A DNA stretch of 64,000 nt from a bacterium (GTDB taxonomy: Bacteria; Patescibacteriota; Dojkabacteria; SC72; WJKH01): positions 4,459-68,458 of the forward strand of contig JAKPPS010000042.1 in NCBI GenBank assembly GCA_029547225.1, read 5' to 3'. This document shows, piece after piece, positions 27,620 through 39,030 of this stretch. The position numbers were made by a program, and so were the translations under genes. Below the pieces are notes generated by a model. The model did no database searches. It saw only the letters and a program-made list of their open reading frames with translations, and had not been told where the DNA came from. Each line of letters starts with the position of its first letter. Position 1 is the first letter of the stretch.

Positions 27620-28579
27620 TTATATCGATAGTAGTGACTTTTTATGACCATTTATGAAATCAATAGGTTTTGTGCGGTTTTTACCTTCCTCTTGTAGATC
27701 AGTAATTTCTAATATTTTATCATCAGCAGATTTTACAAATAAACGATTTTGGGTAGTAAATAATTCTCCAATTTTAGAATCTTTTGCATTTTGAATAATC
27801 TCATTATCATTGAGTAATACAACAGCAAAAAGCTTTATGCGGATTGCACCGTACATAAACCATGCTACTGGCCACGGTATAAATGCTCTTGTCATGCGAT
27901 CGATTGTTATTGAATCAAGCTTGGTGAAATCGATTTCAGCTACTTCTTTGGCGATATCTTTCTGCCAGCAAAATGTTGCTTTGCTGTCGTCTTGCTCTGT
28001 TGTGATAATCTCACCATTGCACCATTTGTAAAGGGTATCAGGCAGTATTTCACCTGTTAGTTTTACCAGTCTTTCTCTCAGGGACTGATTTGTGTCATTT
28101 TCTAGGATTTGTTCAGTATGTTGGGAAAGGATTGGACCTGCATCGAGCTTAGCAACCATCTTGACAATAGAAATACCAGTAATATCCGCTCCGTCTAGTA
28201 TAGCTTTTTGTATCGGTACTGCACCACGATATTTAGGCAATAATGAATAGTGCACATTAATTGCACCGTGCTTTGAATAAGATAAAAAGAAATCAGGAAT
28301 TATTTCACCGAAAGATTTACACAGGATAACATCTGGTTCAAAAATAGACATAGCTTCTTTATATCTTTCGATATCTCCAAGTGTATGAAAGACAGGTATA
28401 TTATTCTCGTTACAAAAAAGTTTTATCTCTGTTGGTAAGATCTCTTGCTTACGACCAACGGGCTTATCTGGTTGTGTTATTACACCAATTATTGAAAATC
28501 GAACATCTTCGAAAAGCACTTTCAAAGTATGTAGTGCCTCCCAATTTGAACCTAAAAATAATATTTTGATTTTTTCCAT
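27620..28579 (-). CDS. fmt: Methionyl-tRNA formyltransferase
   Basis: VITQPDKPVGR, INVHYSLLPKYRGAVPIQ, LDAGPI, AFIPWP. Confidence 0.95.
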   Translation of the reverse strand: MEKIKILFLGSNWEALHTLKVLFEDVRFSIIGVITQPDKPVGRKQEILPTEIKLFCNENNIPVFHTLGDIERYKEAMSIFEPDVILCKSFGEIIPDFFLSYSKHGAINVHYSLLPKYRGAVPIQKAILDGADITGISIVKMVAKLDAGPILSQHTEQILENDTNQSLRERLVKLTGEILPDTLYKWCNGEIITTEQDDSKATFCWQKDIAKEVAEIDFTKLDSITIDRMTRAFIPWPVAWFMYGAIRIKLFAVVLLNDNEIIQNAKDSKIGELFTTQNRLFVKSADDKILEITDLQEEGKNRTKPIDFINGHKKSLLSI

Positions 28580-28629
28580 TTTATTTATTGATAAGTAACT
28601 TTGCAATTATAACAGAAATTAGAGATAAT

Positions 28630-29718
28630 ATGGAGATGATTTTTGATTATATTCTGCCAGAAAACTTAATAGCCAATTTCCCTCCAAAAGAAAGAGGTAC
28701 AACTCGTTTACTAGTTATTGATCGTAAGACTGGTGAAATTTCTCATAAGCGCTATTTTAATGTAGTTGATTATATTAAACCTGGAGATGTTGTTGTTCTT
28801 AACCGCACAAAAGTTATTAATGTACGCACATTTCCTATCGTCGCAAGAACGGGCAAAAAAGTACAACTACTTTTCTTAAATAATATTCAAAAAAATAATA
28901 TTGTAGATAATGAAGAAACAAATTCATATTTAGAAAGAAAATTTGGAAAAGATGAAGTTGAATACTGGTATGCTTTGATTGGTAGAGCTAAAAATGTCAA
29001 GATCGGCGACATCCTGCAATTCAAAGATGATGAAGAAGTTGAGATAATACATCGCAATGAAGGAGAAGCCGGATTTATTGTAGCTTGTCACAAAGAAATC
29101 ACATCTACAATATTTTCTAAATATGGTCATGTTCCACTGCCTCCATATATTAAGCGTGATGATAACGAAGATGATAAGATAAGATATAATACTGTATTTG
29201 CTAAGATTGACGGTTCTGTTGCTGCACCGACCGCAAGTTTGAATATTACTGATGAGATATTAAACCAAATAAATGCTAAAGGTGCATTCATTGCATATGT
29301 TGAACTCAAAGTAAGTTGGGGTACATTCTCACCTGTAAATACAAGCGATTATCGAGATTTCAAAATCCATGGCGAATATTACAATGTTATACCTGAAGAT
29401 GCCGATATTATAAATCGTGCAAAGGCAAATGGTGGGAATGTTTTCTCTTTTGGTACGACAGTAACAAGGGTTTTAGAAAGTCTAGCAGAAAATGGAAAAA
29501 TAAAATCTGGGGCGGGGTATACAGATATTTACATTTATCCTGGATACAAGTGGAAATTTGTGGATCATCTTGTAACCAATTTTCACACTCCACGATCTAG
29601 TTTGATTCTATTAGTAAATTCGTTTTTGGGTGAGGGACTCACAGAAAAAGCGTATAATATAGCTATAAAAGAGGGTTATGCATTTTTAAGTTATGGTGAT
29701 AGTATGCTTATTATCTAG
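28630..29718 (+). CDS. queA: S-adenosylmethionine:tRNA ribosyltransferase-isomerase
   Basis: FDYILPENLIA, GHVPLPPYI, GSVAAPTA, TNFHTPRS, FLSYGD. Confidence 0.95.
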   Translation: MEMIFDYILPENLIANFPPKERGTTRLLVIDRKTGEISHKRYFNVVDYIKPGDVVVLNRTKVINVRTFPIVARTGKKVQLLFLNNIQKNNIVDNEETNSYLERKFGKDEVEYWYALIGRAKNVKIGDILQFKDDEEVEIIHRNEGEAGFIVACHKEITSTIFSKYGHVPLPPYIKRDDNEDDKIRYNTVFAKIDGSVAAPTASLNITDEILNQINAKGAFIAYVELKVSWGTFSPVNTSDYRDFKIHGEYYNVIPEDADIINRAKANGGNVFSFGTTVTRVLESLAENGKIKSGAGYTDIYIYPGYKWKFVDHLVTNFHTPRSSLILLVNSFLGEGLTEKAYNIAIKEGYAFLSYGDSMLII

Positions 29719-29735
29719 AATATTTAGAGTTATTT

Positions 29736-30812
29736 ATGAGTAAAATAATCGAAAAATTGAAATATAACATTGAAGATTTTGGTAAAACTCAGATCTTTCT
29801 GCCTGATGCTACCCGTGGAGCGGTAAGATTTGTAACAACCGAACAGTTAAAAAGCACACAAACTAAAGGAGTTGTTATTAACACATTGCATTTACTAATC
29901 AATATCGGTCCTGAAAAAATTATGGAACTCGGGGGGATGCATAGGTTTATGAATTGGGATGGGTATATACTAAGTGATTCGGGAGGCTTTCAAGTATTCT
30001 CGTTATTACATTCAAAGAAGTGGCAGGGTAAAGTAGATAAAGATGGTGCAACATTTAGAGCGCCGATCGATGGAACTGTACATCGATTAACACCTGAGTC
30101 GTCAATTGATATCCAAATCGCACTTGATAGTGACGTGCTTGTTGTTTTAGATGATTGCCGAAGTGCTGATGTAACAAGAAGTGATGCAGAACTTTCAGTA
30201 GATCGTACACTCCAATGGGCATACCGAGCAAAAAATCATTTTGAAAAGAAATATGGTGGTTTTGCAAAAACAAAAAAACTGATTTCTGCAGTTGTGCAAG
30301 GCGGTTCTTATGATGATCTGCGAATCAAATGTGCACAGGAATTGGTTAAAATTGGTTTTGATGGTTACAATTTCGGTGGATTTGTTGTTGATGAAAAAGG
30401 TGAGCTTGTAAAGGATCAGTTGAATGTTGTAGCAGAAAACACGCCAGCGGATAGATTTAAATATGCTATGGGTATTGGAAAACCAGAAGATATTCTTGAA
30501 GCGTATAGGTTAGGGTATAATGTGTTTGATACAGTTCTCGTTACTCGAAATGCGAGACATGGTACTCTTTATTCATTTGATAAAGAAGATGAAAATTATG
30601 CATTGCGGATTAAAAATTCTAGATACAATAAAGATTTAAGTCCTATCGATAGTACTTGCGATTGTGATGCATGCAAAAATTATTCGAGAGCATACTTTCA
30701 TAATATGTTAAAATCAAATGAAGCATCAGCGGTTTCATTGATGAGTGTTCATAATTTAAGATTTTATCAAAGATGGATAGAAAAAATTTCGGAAATGGAA
30801 ATGAAAGCATAA
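29736..30812 (+). CDS. tgt: tRNA-guanine transglycosylase
   Basis: DSGGFQVFS, VVQGG, MGIG, TRNARHG, CDCDAC...HNL zinc site. Confidence 0.95.
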   Translation: MSKIIEKLKYNIEDFGKTQIFLPDATRGAVRFVTTEQLKSTQTKGVVINTLHLLINIGPEKIMELGGMHRFMNWDGYILSDSGGFQVFSLLHSKKWQGKVDKDGATFRAPIDGTVHRLTPESSIDIQIALDSDVLVVLDDCRSADVTRSDAELSVDRTLQWAYRAKNHFEKKYGGFAKTKKLISAVVQGGSYDDLRIKCAQELVKIGFDGYNFGGFVVDEKGELVKDQLNVVAENTPADRFKYAMGIGKPEDILEAYRLGYNVFDTVLVTRNARHGTLYSFDKEDENYALRIKNSRYNKDLSPIDSTCDCDACKNYSRAYFHNMLKSNEASAVSLMSVHNLRFYQRWIEKISEMEMKA

Positions 30813-31591
30813 TAAAAACAATATTCTTCTTACTTATTTTCTCAATAATGAGTGTAATTCTAGTAATAATAAGAATACAGTATTCAAATAGTATTTACTA
30901 TCTATTTATGATATGGAATCTTATATTGGCTTGGATACCTTTAGGTTTATCTTTTGCTATTAATGCTATCATTGAGCGCAATAGACCTCTTGAAAACGAT
31001 ATACAGACTGAAAATAAAAAGAAGCAAAACAAGGAAGAATTAAGAAGCAAGAAAATTATCAGTTCAAAATTTAGTAAAACCCCATTCAAAGTAATCATTG
31101 TAATTATCTTATTTATTATATGGTTATTATTCTTCCCAAATACTTTATATATTGTAACTGATCTTTTTCACTTAAATACTTCATATTATGTTGAAGTTCC
31201 TCGATGGTATGATCTGATTCTTTTGATGTCATTTGTATGGTCTGGATTGTTACTCGGTTTTATGTCATTAAATATGATTCATACAATTATTCACAGATAT
31301 AAGGGACGAATATGGGGATGGATTTCTGTAGCATTAATAATATTAGTCTCGAGTTTAGGAATATATATTGGTCGTTATGAGCGATGGAATAGTTGGGACG
31401 TCTTCTTATCTCCGCAAGAGCTTTTTGTCGATATCTTTACAAAAATCCTTAATCCATTAACCTATCCTGGTATATATGGTGTTACAATAGTTTTTTCGGT
31501 TTTCTTCTTTATGTCATATCTGATTTACTTAAATATCAGAGATAATAGAGTTTTGCACGGAGGAAAAAGGATTGAAGGAAAATCTAAATAA
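30773..31591 (+). CDS. DUF1361 membrane protein
   Basis: WNLILAWIP, WLLFFPNTLYIVTDLFHL, GIYIGRYERWNSWD; start uncertain. Confidence 0.85.
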   Translation: MDRKNFGNGNESIIKTIFFLLIFSIMSVILVIIRIQYSNSIYYLFMIWNLILAWIPLGLSFAINAIIERNRPLENDIQTENKKKQNKEELRSKKIISSKFSKTPFKVIIVIILFIIWLLFFPNTLYIVTDLFHLNTSYYVEVPRWYDLILLMSFVWSGLLLGFMSLNMIHTIIHRYKGRIWGWISVALIILVSSLGIYIGRYERWNSWDVFLSPQELFVDIFTKILNPLTYPGIYGVTIVFSVFFFMSYLIYLNIRDNRVLHGGKRIEGKSK

Positions 31592-31697
31592 CTTAATTAA
31601 GATTGTGAAAAGCATTTTTTATTGATTTTCAAGACAATTCTACCGAGAGCAAGTAAAAATGTTAGAAAAGTAAGTATTTAAATTAATCGCATAAACG

Positions 31698-33509
31698 ATG
31701 CGCCAAGAAAAATCTCGTTTTACAAAAGTATCGTTATACCTGATTACAAAAATTGTGTTAAATCTAGTATTACTTATTTTAGTAGTGTTCGGCTGGACTT
31801 ATGCCATAATTTATAAATTCCCATCAACGATTGATAATGGAGGAAAAATATTTGATTCCATGCTACTTTTTGTTTCTAATAATATATTAGTGATTATTGG
31901 ACTATTAATTCTGTTCATCGCAATCTCACTCTTTGTTACATATTTCTTTTTTCATGAGCAATTCACATATTATAAGATGAAAACTGAAAAAGTCAGTTTA
32001 CGTACAGGCAGAATAGTTGGCGATCTTTTGGTTAAATTATTCCTTATGATGATAATTATTGTAGTAAGTTTTCCTATTTCATCATTAACTACTGAGATAG
32101 TATTGAACAATAGATTAAAAGGTTACTATGAAGATATTATTCAGAATAATATAGAAACAGATATTGATGAAATAATTACTAATATAGATGGTATAAATAT
32201 TCAAGAGGAAAGCTTGCAAGATAATGGTGTGAAGCTATCTGATCAAGATTTACATAATATTTATCTTGACTCAAGACAATGTGAATTTGCAATAGTTGAA
32301 GATTATCTCTTATCACAACAGAAATACTCAGAATTTGTGAGAAAAGACATTTTGTCTATGAGTGACATTAATGAATTATATTATATTGGTAATGAGAGAA
32401 ATTATTATGATGGTTATATTGTTCCTTATGTAATCTCTTGGATATTTGATGTACAGGTTATTAATAATATTGATATCCCAGCTAATTACTCATATACCAC
32501 ACACACTTGTCTTTCGGATATTTCTCATCAAGATTTAGCTGCACTCGGTCCAATAATTAATGAAATTGCTTTTAGACGTGCATTCGAAAACATTGACTTA
32601 TCAGTAAAACCCGAGTACTTCTTACTTGTCGAGAATGAATATATCGCTAAAAGGAAGGTTGAAACGCAAAAGCTTATTGAAGAATATGATCTTATTATTG
32701 CAAGCAATCAAGAAATATTGACTGAAATCTATGAATTTAGAGCAAAGAAGGATTATACGATTTCGATTATGGGGGTTGAATATTGGAACGAATTTGAAGA
32801 ACGGCTTAACGCAGTTGAAATACAAGCAAATAACAATATTGAAAAAACAGAAAGTATCAAAGCAGAATTAGTCGAGTCTGATGACGAAATAGGAGCAGAA
32901 GCAGGAATATTTTTACAGCCCAAAACTATTAATATTGCTTATGTTGACTCAGACAATAATATTAATAGATTCATAACATTTATGCATGAATATCTTCATT
33001 ATGCATCATATATAACTAGTCAGCTCACTCAGGAAGGAGAGGTATTTAGTTATTCAAATGAGGAAAAAGCCTACTCAGGAGATTGGAATGGAGAATATCT
33101 AGAACTCTTTTATGAGGAAGCTATGACCGAGATTTTGGCAGACAAAATGTTGGTGAGCTTAAGTAATAATGGATATGAAACAGGTGAGTTTATACAAAAT
33201 TTGAATCAGTCGTATTATCCGATATCAGGATTATTAGATTTTCTTTACTCAAAAGATCCATCAATAAATGAAAAAGCTTACTTTACTAAAGATTTAGACT
33301 CAGAAGAGGTTGTTTTTGATACGGTGTATGGAGAAGGTTTTTATGCTGCTAATTATGAGCTTTTTTATGTTATATTCGACAAAATCTACTATTATGATTC
33401 TCCTTTTAGTGCCGAAGTAAATGAATTATTGAAGAATATGTCAGTAGATGAGAGTTGTTACTTCGATGAATCCTATGGATTTAGCTTTGAATGCATTCCA
33501 TATCTATAG
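31698..33509 (+). CDS. Membrane-anchored hypothetical protein, putative zinc metallopeptidase
   Basis: Three N-terminal TM segments; HEYLH followed by EEAMTE (gluzincin-like). Confidence 0.55.
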   Translation: MRQEKSRFTKVSLYLITKIVLNLVLLILVVFGWTYAIIYKFPSTIDNGGKIFDSMLLFVSNNILVIIGLLILFIAISLFVTYFFFHEQFTYYKMKTEKVSLRTGRIVGDLLVKLFLMMIIIVVSFPISSLTTEIVLNNRLKGYYEDIIQNNIETDIDEIITNIDGINIQEESLQDNGVKLSDQDLHNIYLDSRQCEFAIVEDYLLSQQKYSEFVRKDILSMSDINELYYIGNERNYYDGYIVPYVISWIFDVQVINNIDIPANYSYTTHTCLSDISHQDLAALGPIINEIAFRRAFENIDLSVKPEYFLLVENEYIAKRKVETQKLIEEYDLIIASNQEILTEIYEFRAKKDYTISIMGVEYWNEFEERLNAVEIQANNNIEKTESIKAELVESDDEIGAEAGIFLQPKTINIAYVDSDNNINRFITFMHEYLHYASYITSQLTQEGEVFSYSNEEKAYSGDWNGEYLELFYEEAMTEILADKMLVSLSNNGYETGEFIQNLNQSYYPISGLLDFLYSKDPSINEKAYFTKDLDSEEVVFDTVYGEGFYAANYELFYVIFDKIYYYDSPFSAEVNELLKNMSVDESCYFDESYGFSFECIPYL

Positions 33510-33652
33510 ATACTTTTTTTGAAATTGTTTACAGGCATCAATAGAAAGTTTTTGATTACAGCTTATTCACTTAAAATTTAATAAAATGTCTACTCCTAGA
33601 ACAAGTAAATTTTGTGTAATTACATCTTGATATCAAAATTGTATATATGACA

Positions 33653-35386
33653 TTATGGTTTTGAGGCGTTAAGTAGATTATAAAATTTACCTTTCTGCTT
33701 GATTAACTGCTCAGGCGTGCCAGCTTCTGCAATTTTATTATTTTCGATAAATATTATTTTATCAGCATTTTTAATTGTGCTTAGTCTATGTGCTATTACA
33801 ATAGAAGTAATGTTTTTGGTAGCTTTGTCGATAGCTTGTTGAATTATTTTTTCCCATTTTGAATCAATGTTTGATGTAGCTTCATCAAGAATCAAAATCT
33901 TAGGATCTCTCAATAATATCCGGCAAATAGCTATTAACTGCTTTTGACCGCTACTGAGAATTGTCTGATTATCATCGATTTTCGTATTGATCCCATCTGA
34001 TAATCCGTCAATAATTTTATTTGCGCCAAGACTGCAAAAAATATTCTTTATCTGCTCATCTGTGATTGTCGGATTTCCATATTTTAGATTATTTGCAATT
34101 GTATCGGCGAATAAAAAGTTATCTTGCAATAAATAGCCAATAGATTTTCTGAGAATTTTGATATCCCAATTGCGAACATCTACATCGTCAATTAGTATTG
34201 ATCCCTCAACAACATCGTAAAGCCTTGCAATCAAATTTACAAAAGTTGTCTTACCGCCTCCAGTGGGTCCTACGATAGCAACTGTTTCGCCTGGTTCAAT
34301 AATAAAATTAATATTATTTAATACTTTCTGATTTTTACTATATGAAAAAGAAACATTCTTAAATTCAATTTTTCCTTTTAGTTTTTCTTTTGATATCGAG
34401 TAAGGTTTTTCAATCTGTTTGATACTACTTTCTTCAGACATTATTTCAATAATACGATCAGTAGCGATCAGACCGTTTTGTATTGTTCGCCAGAGGACTT
34501 CAATATTATTTAATGGCTGGTACAACTGTTGTATATAAGACACAAGTGCAACAACTAATCCCAAGGACATTGAGCCGATACTAAATAGATGTAAAGAATA
34601 AACTAAAGTCAAAAGTCGACCTGCAGTAGTCAGTAAAATATTAATAGGGAGAGCTATGGATTCGATGATACCTGCTTTAATATTACTGGAAAACACTTTA
34701 CTGCTACCTCTTTGTAAATTTTGCTCGAAAAGTGCATTATTCCCGAATATTTTAATTATTTCAAAACCGGATAATGATTCTTGGATAGAGGCAGATAATT
34801 CACTCTCAGATTCATACGATCTTTTTATCCTGCTCTTTAGGACTTTTGCTTGTAAATAAAGAACTGAAATAACAAGTACGAAAGGTACCAATCCGACCAA
34901 TCCTATACGATAATCAAGGACTAGTATTGCAATAAGTATTGCAAGACTAGTAGCGATTACTGATATTAATCGGCCAACACCATCTGAAATCATACGATTA
35001 ACAGATTCAACATTACTGATAATTCTGTTGATTAGATCACCAGATTTCGATTCAACAATATATTTCATCGGTAATTCTTCGATTTTCTCGAAAAGATCTT
35101 GTCGTAAAGAAAATAGTAAGTTCTGCCCCAATTTACCCTGAGTTTTAATTGTGATATATCTTGAAATAAATTCTATTATTGCTACAGCTAGTATTAATAA
35201 GGCATATTTTAATAGCTTTGACTGATCATTGGGAGTTATAACATTGTCGATGGTAAGGTTAATAAGGTATGGAATAGCAATTGCGCACACAGAGCCGACA
35301 ATGAGAGCTAATACAATAATAACAATACTTTGTTTATAATTTTTAAGATATTTAATAAAAAAATCTCTTCTACTGATCTTTGCCAT
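33653..35386 (-). CDS. ABC exporter, heterodimer subunit B
   Basis: GPTGGGKT, LSSGQKQL, LDEATS; ATG is the reverse complement of CAT at 35384-35386, so minus strand. Confidence 0.95.
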   Translation of the reverse strand: MAKISRRDFFIKYLKNYKQSIVIIVLALIVGSVCAIAIPYLINLTIDNVITPNDQSKLLKYALLILAVAIIEFISRYITIKTQGKLGQNLLFSLRQDLFEKIEELPMKYIVESKSGDLINRIISNVESVNRMISDGVGRLISVIATSLAILIAILVLDYRIGLVGLVPFVLVISVLYLQAKVLKSRIKRSYESESELSASIQESLSGFEIIKIFGNNALFEQNLQRGSSKVFSSNIKAGIIESIALPINILLTTAGRLLTLVYSLHLFSIGSMSLGLVVALVSYIQQLYQPLNNIEVLWRTIQNGLIATDRIIEIMSEESSIKQIEKPYSISKEKLKGKIEFKNVSFSYSKNQKVLNNINFIIEPGETVAIVGPTGGGKTTFVNLIARLYDVVEGSILIDDVDVRNWDIKILRKSIGYLLQDNFLFADTIANNLKYGNPTITDEQIKNIFCSLGANKIIDGLSDGINTKIDDNQTILSSGQKQLIAICRILLRDPKILILDEATSNIDSKWEKIIQQAIDKATKNITSIVIAHRLSTIKNADKIIFIENNKIAEAGTPEQLIKQKGKFYNLLNASKP

Positions 35387-37070
35387 AATTACTTTGAGAA
35401 ATTAATAATTCTTTATATGTAAAACACCTTTCAGACAACTGTTTATGTGTACCTATATCAACTATCTTTCCGTGGTCAAGGACGATAATCTGATCACAAT
35501 CTCGAACAGATGAGATTTTTTGACTGATGAGTATAGTTGTTAAATCAGGGTAATCACGATTTAGCCTTTCAAATAATAACCTTTCTGTTTTATTGTCTAA
35601 TTTACTAGTACTGTCATCAAAAATAAGAATTTGAGGATTTCTTATCAAAGCTCGAGCAATCATGATTCTTTGTTTCTGACCGCCGGAGATTGTTGTACCT
35701 CTTTCTCCGATTAATGTTTCTAGGCCATCTTTGAGACTAGCTACAAAATCATCAAGTACAACAGTATTCAGGATTTTCTGTAAAGATTTATCATTTTGAT
35801 CAAGTCCGAATTTAATGTTTTCTCTAATTGATGTGTTGAAGATGTATTGCTCTTGTGGTACAAATCCGATCATATCTAAGTAAGACTGCAAGGAATAATT
35901 CTTAATATTCTCTCCGTTAACAATAATTTCCCCTTCATCAGGTTCGACTAACCGGATGAGAGTTTTAAGTAATAGAGTTTTACCAGATCCTGTAGAACCA
36001 ACTACGCCGACACTTTCTCCTTTAGAAATCTTTATTGAAATCGGACCTAATGTAAAATTTCCTTTAACGATAATATCTTTAAATTTCAAATCATGGAAAT
36101 TCTTTAAATCCTTTTCACCTTGTTCAATTTTATCATTGTAATCAAGTACTTCAGACATACGTTTAATAGAAGATAATGATTGCCCAGCAGAAGATACTAT
36201 AAAGCCAAGTATTATAATCGGCGAAGTAAATATTGTTGTGTAATTTATAAATGCAGCTATCTCGCCAATACTCATCTCTCCATTGATTGATTTGAGACCT
36301 CCGATGATGACAATTAATAATGTCGCGATATTAATAAAAATTGAAATTAGTGGTACAAAAATAGAAAATATATTTACTATCTTCAATGAATTTAGTCTTG
36401 TATCATTATTTACATCTCGAAACTTTGTATTTTCAATATCTTCTGTGGTAAACACCTTAATTAAGGCACTACCAATAATAGATTCTGTAATGGTCTTGTT
36501 AAGGTCATCGTTTAGAGTCCTAGATTTCTCAAAGAATTTTTGAGCTTTTTTGAAAACGAATGTGAAAGCAATAAACATAATCGGTATTAATGCAAGGACA
36601 TATAATGTAAGTGTAACATTAGTCCTGAACATCAAAAACAAACTCCCGCATACTAATATCACTCCTGCGGTGAAAACTGGTACAGCCATCGAAAGTATGT
36701 CTTTAACCAAAAAAATATCTGTTGTCATAACATTCAATAACTTTTGTGAGGTTTGATTTTTGACGAATCTTATTGATGAACGGGCGAGTTTACTAGCAAT
36801 TTCATTGCGCAAGTCACGGGCAATGATTTCAGAAGTAATAAGATTGATGATTTTATAAATAAAGTAAATACCAATCGATGAACCAGCGATAATAAATAAT
36901 AAATTTATTTCCTTGAAATCTTGGGCACCGGAAGCGTATTTGTCGATTATAATACCTCCTAAATAGGGCATAATAATATATGAGACATTTGATATCGCTG
37001 TAAAAACAAAGCTTATCGCCTGTAACAACAACACTTTAGGTTTTAATGCTTGTTTGATTACTGAATTCAC
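35370..37070 (-). CDS. ABC exporter, heterodimer subunit A (degenerate site)
   Basis: GSTGSGKT, ISGGQKQR, FDDSTS, ISQK; overlaps the partner gene. Confidence 0.95.
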   Translation of the reverse strand: MNSVIKQALKPKVLLLQAISFVFTAISNVSYIIMPYLGGIIIDKYASGAQDFKEINLLFIIAGSSIGIYFIYKIINLITSEIIARDLRNEIASKLARSSIRFVKNQTSQKLLNVMTTDIFLVKDILSMAVPVFTAGVILVCGSLFLMFRTNVTLTLYVLALIPIMFIAFTFVFKKAQKFFEKSRTLNDDLNKTITESIIGSALIKVFTTEDIENTKFRDVNNDTRLNSLKIVNIFSIFVPLISIFINIATLLIVIIGGLKSINGEMSIGEIAAFINYTTIFTSPIIILGFIVSSAGQSLSSIKRMSEVLDYNDKIEQGEKDLKNFHDLKFKDIIVKGNFTLGPISIKISKGESVGVVGSTGSGKTLLLKTLIRLVEPDEGEIIVNGENIKNYSLQSYLDMIGFVPQEQYIFNTSIRENIKFGLDQNDKSLQKILNTVVLDDFVASLKDGLETLIGERGTTISGGQKQRIMIARALIRNPQILIFDDSTSKLDNKTERLLFERLNRDYPDLTTILISQKISSVRDCDQIIVLDHGKIVDIGTHKQLSERCFTYKELLISQSNYGKDQ

Positions 37071-37251
37071 AATACAGTATTATACTCTCATTACAGAAAT
37101 TTTGAACTACCTTCTCGTGATAATATTAGTAAATAACTATATATCAGAGCAAAATCCGAACGCGACCTCTAACAATCACTATCCAAGGGCCTGTTTTCAA
37201 AAAATGCATATTTATAGTATCGTGCAAGCTGTACTGAAATAACATAATGCT

Positions 37252-37303
37252 TGGGTAGTCATGGATAGCTTTTAACGGAACGCAATTAGGTTGGTGGCAT
37301 ACC
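37252..37303 (+). repeat. Dispersed 52-bp intergenic motif, type A
   Basis: TGGGTAGTCATGG-N12-GGAACGCAA-N6-TGGTGGCATACC. Confidence 0.8.
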
Positions 37304-37437
37304 TAAAAAATATATACTCTATGATGTTAAACTAATTATTTGCTAAAAAATCTACATAATAATAATATAGAGTAAAGTGAGTTCGTTGATCGATCAGATC
37401 TGTTCAAGCAGTTTAAATTTAGTTTCGTTATAGAAAA

Positions 37438-38172
37438 ATGCAAAATATCCGGAAATACCATAAAGAAGATAATTATTCATATTCACTTGGGGTTTTTACA
37501 ACAATAGAGCTTTTACAAAATCGTCCTCAAGATGTACTAAAAGTACTTTTAAGTAATAAAAGTGATAGGAATAAAGGTGTCGATAAGATCAAAGATATTT
37601 GCCAGAAAAACAACATTGAATATGTATATGCTGACGGTCAAATAAATCGTGTTTCCGATAAGGAGAATACTTATGCAGTTGGAGTATTTGAAAAGTATAA
37701 TTCTCAATTGGAAGGTATTGACGAAAAAAATCAGCACTTAGTACTTGTGAGACCGTTGAATGCAGGTAATATGGGCACAAATATCCGCACAGCTGTAGCT
37801 TTTGGTATTAAGAATATTGCTGTAATAAGACCTGCAGTGGACATATTTAATCCTCAAATTATTTCAAGCTCTATGGGGGCAATATTTAGCGTAAATATCG
37901 AATATTTTGACTCTCTTGAGCTTTATATGAAAAAATATAATCCTAAAAATTGTTATTCTTTTGTACTTGCAGAACCCAGCTCCCGAACTTTGTTAAATCA
38001 AGTTACTATAGTAAAACCAGCTTCCTTTGTTTTTGGTAACGAAGGGGAGGGTTTGACAGATAGCGAATTAAAGTTTGGGCAAAAAATAATGATTGAACAG
38101 AGTGATAATGTTGATTCATTAAATTTATCTGTGGCTGTAGGAATCGGTCTTTATAGAGCATATATTAGCTAA
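37438..38172 (+). CDS. TrmH/SpoU family RNA methyltransferase
   Basis: GNMGTNIRTA, VFGNEGEGL, DSLNLSVA. Confidence 0.92.
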   Translation: MQNIRKYHKEDNYSYSLGVFTTIELLQNRPQDVLKVLLSNKSDRNKGVDKIKDICQKNNIEYVYADGQINRVSDKENTYAVGVFEKYNSQLEGIDEKNQHLVLVRPLNAGNMGTNIRTAVAFGIKNIAVIRPAVDIFNPQIISSSMGAIFSVNIEYFDSLELYMKKYNPKNCYSFVLAEPSSRTLLNQVTIVKPASFVFGNEGEGLTDSELKFGQKIMIEQSDNVDSLNLSVAVGIGLYRAYIS

Positions 38173-38251
38173 AATGGTAACAATCCTAGTTCCGTTTTGC
38201 TACGAAACAGATTAATTGGATTTAAAATGTTAAGTATTTTAGGATAAAAGT

Positions 38252-38518
38252 ATGAATAGAGGAGTAATAAAACTGTCCTTATCAGAAGTGGAGGTTTTAA
38301 AAAATAAAAATCTATTAAGTGGTCACAAGCTGTTAGCTCTTGAACAGTATAATGAACAAAATCCAGGAATTACAGAAAATATTTCAGTAGAGTTTTCTGC
38401 CGATGAGGTTGAATATATTCTCGATGAAATTGGAATCCCAGAAGAGAATGAGAGTGACGAAATAAAAATATTGAGAAATAAATTTTTCCTTTTCAACAGT
38501 CAGCTTAGAACTTCTTAG
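38252..38518 (+). CDS. Hypothetical protein
   Basis: 88-aa ORF with protein-like composition filling an intergenic gap. Confidence 0.55.
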   Translation: MNRGVIKLSLSEVEVLKNKNLLSGHKLLALEQYNEQNPGITENISVEFSADEVEYILDEIGIPEENESDEIKILRNKFFLFNSQLRTS

Positions 38519-39030
38519 AGGTCAACCTTGATTTTGGTTATCTCTTCAAACTCTTTAACAGCTTCCTCCATTGTAAGATCTTTAATTACTGCAAGCTCAG
38601 CAACTAGATAGATTATTGAATTTTTTATTGATTTAGTAATATTTACAGGTATTATCCTTTTATCTTCAAGGCGATTATCTCGGACACAACCACATTTAAT
38701 AATAATTTCAACAAAATTAGCAGCATTACCAGTGTTATCAAGCTCTTTCATCTCTTCTATGAATTTATTGTAATCCTTTTGGTCCTTTGTTTTCTTGACT
38801 GTTTCGCCAAGTTTCAAGAGAAGTTGATGCATTTTTTCTGAAGAAATTACTTCTCGCACACCAAGAGTATCTAATTTATCTATTGGAGTTGAAATTGTAA
38901 GTGGGCTATTTACAAACTTAAACTCAAAATAATCTTTCTTCTCACCACAAAATTCGATACTTTTCTTTTTTACGATCCAACCGGCTCCGTGTGAAGGATA
39001 AAATATTTTTGAATTTACTTCTAGTGGCAT
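38515..39030 (-). CDS. carD: CarD family transcription factor
   Basis: IFYPSHGAG.I N-terminus, LGVREVIS, LVAELA. Confidence 0.75.
   Translation of the reverse strand: MPLEVNSKIFYPSHGAGWIVKKKSIEFCGEKKDYFEFKFVNSPLTISTPIDKLDTLGVREVISSEKMHQLLLKLGETVKKTKDQKDYNKFIEEMKELDNTGNAANFVEIIIKCGCVRDNRLEDKRIIPVNITKSIKNSIIYLVAELAVIKDLTMEEAVKEFEEITKIKVDL

Noticed and set aside
13100..35386. Plus-strand labels in the ORF track for 13100-14887, 25988-27337 and 33653-35386
   Set aside because: The listed proteins start at the reverse complement of CAT at the high coordinate, so all three genes are on the minus strand
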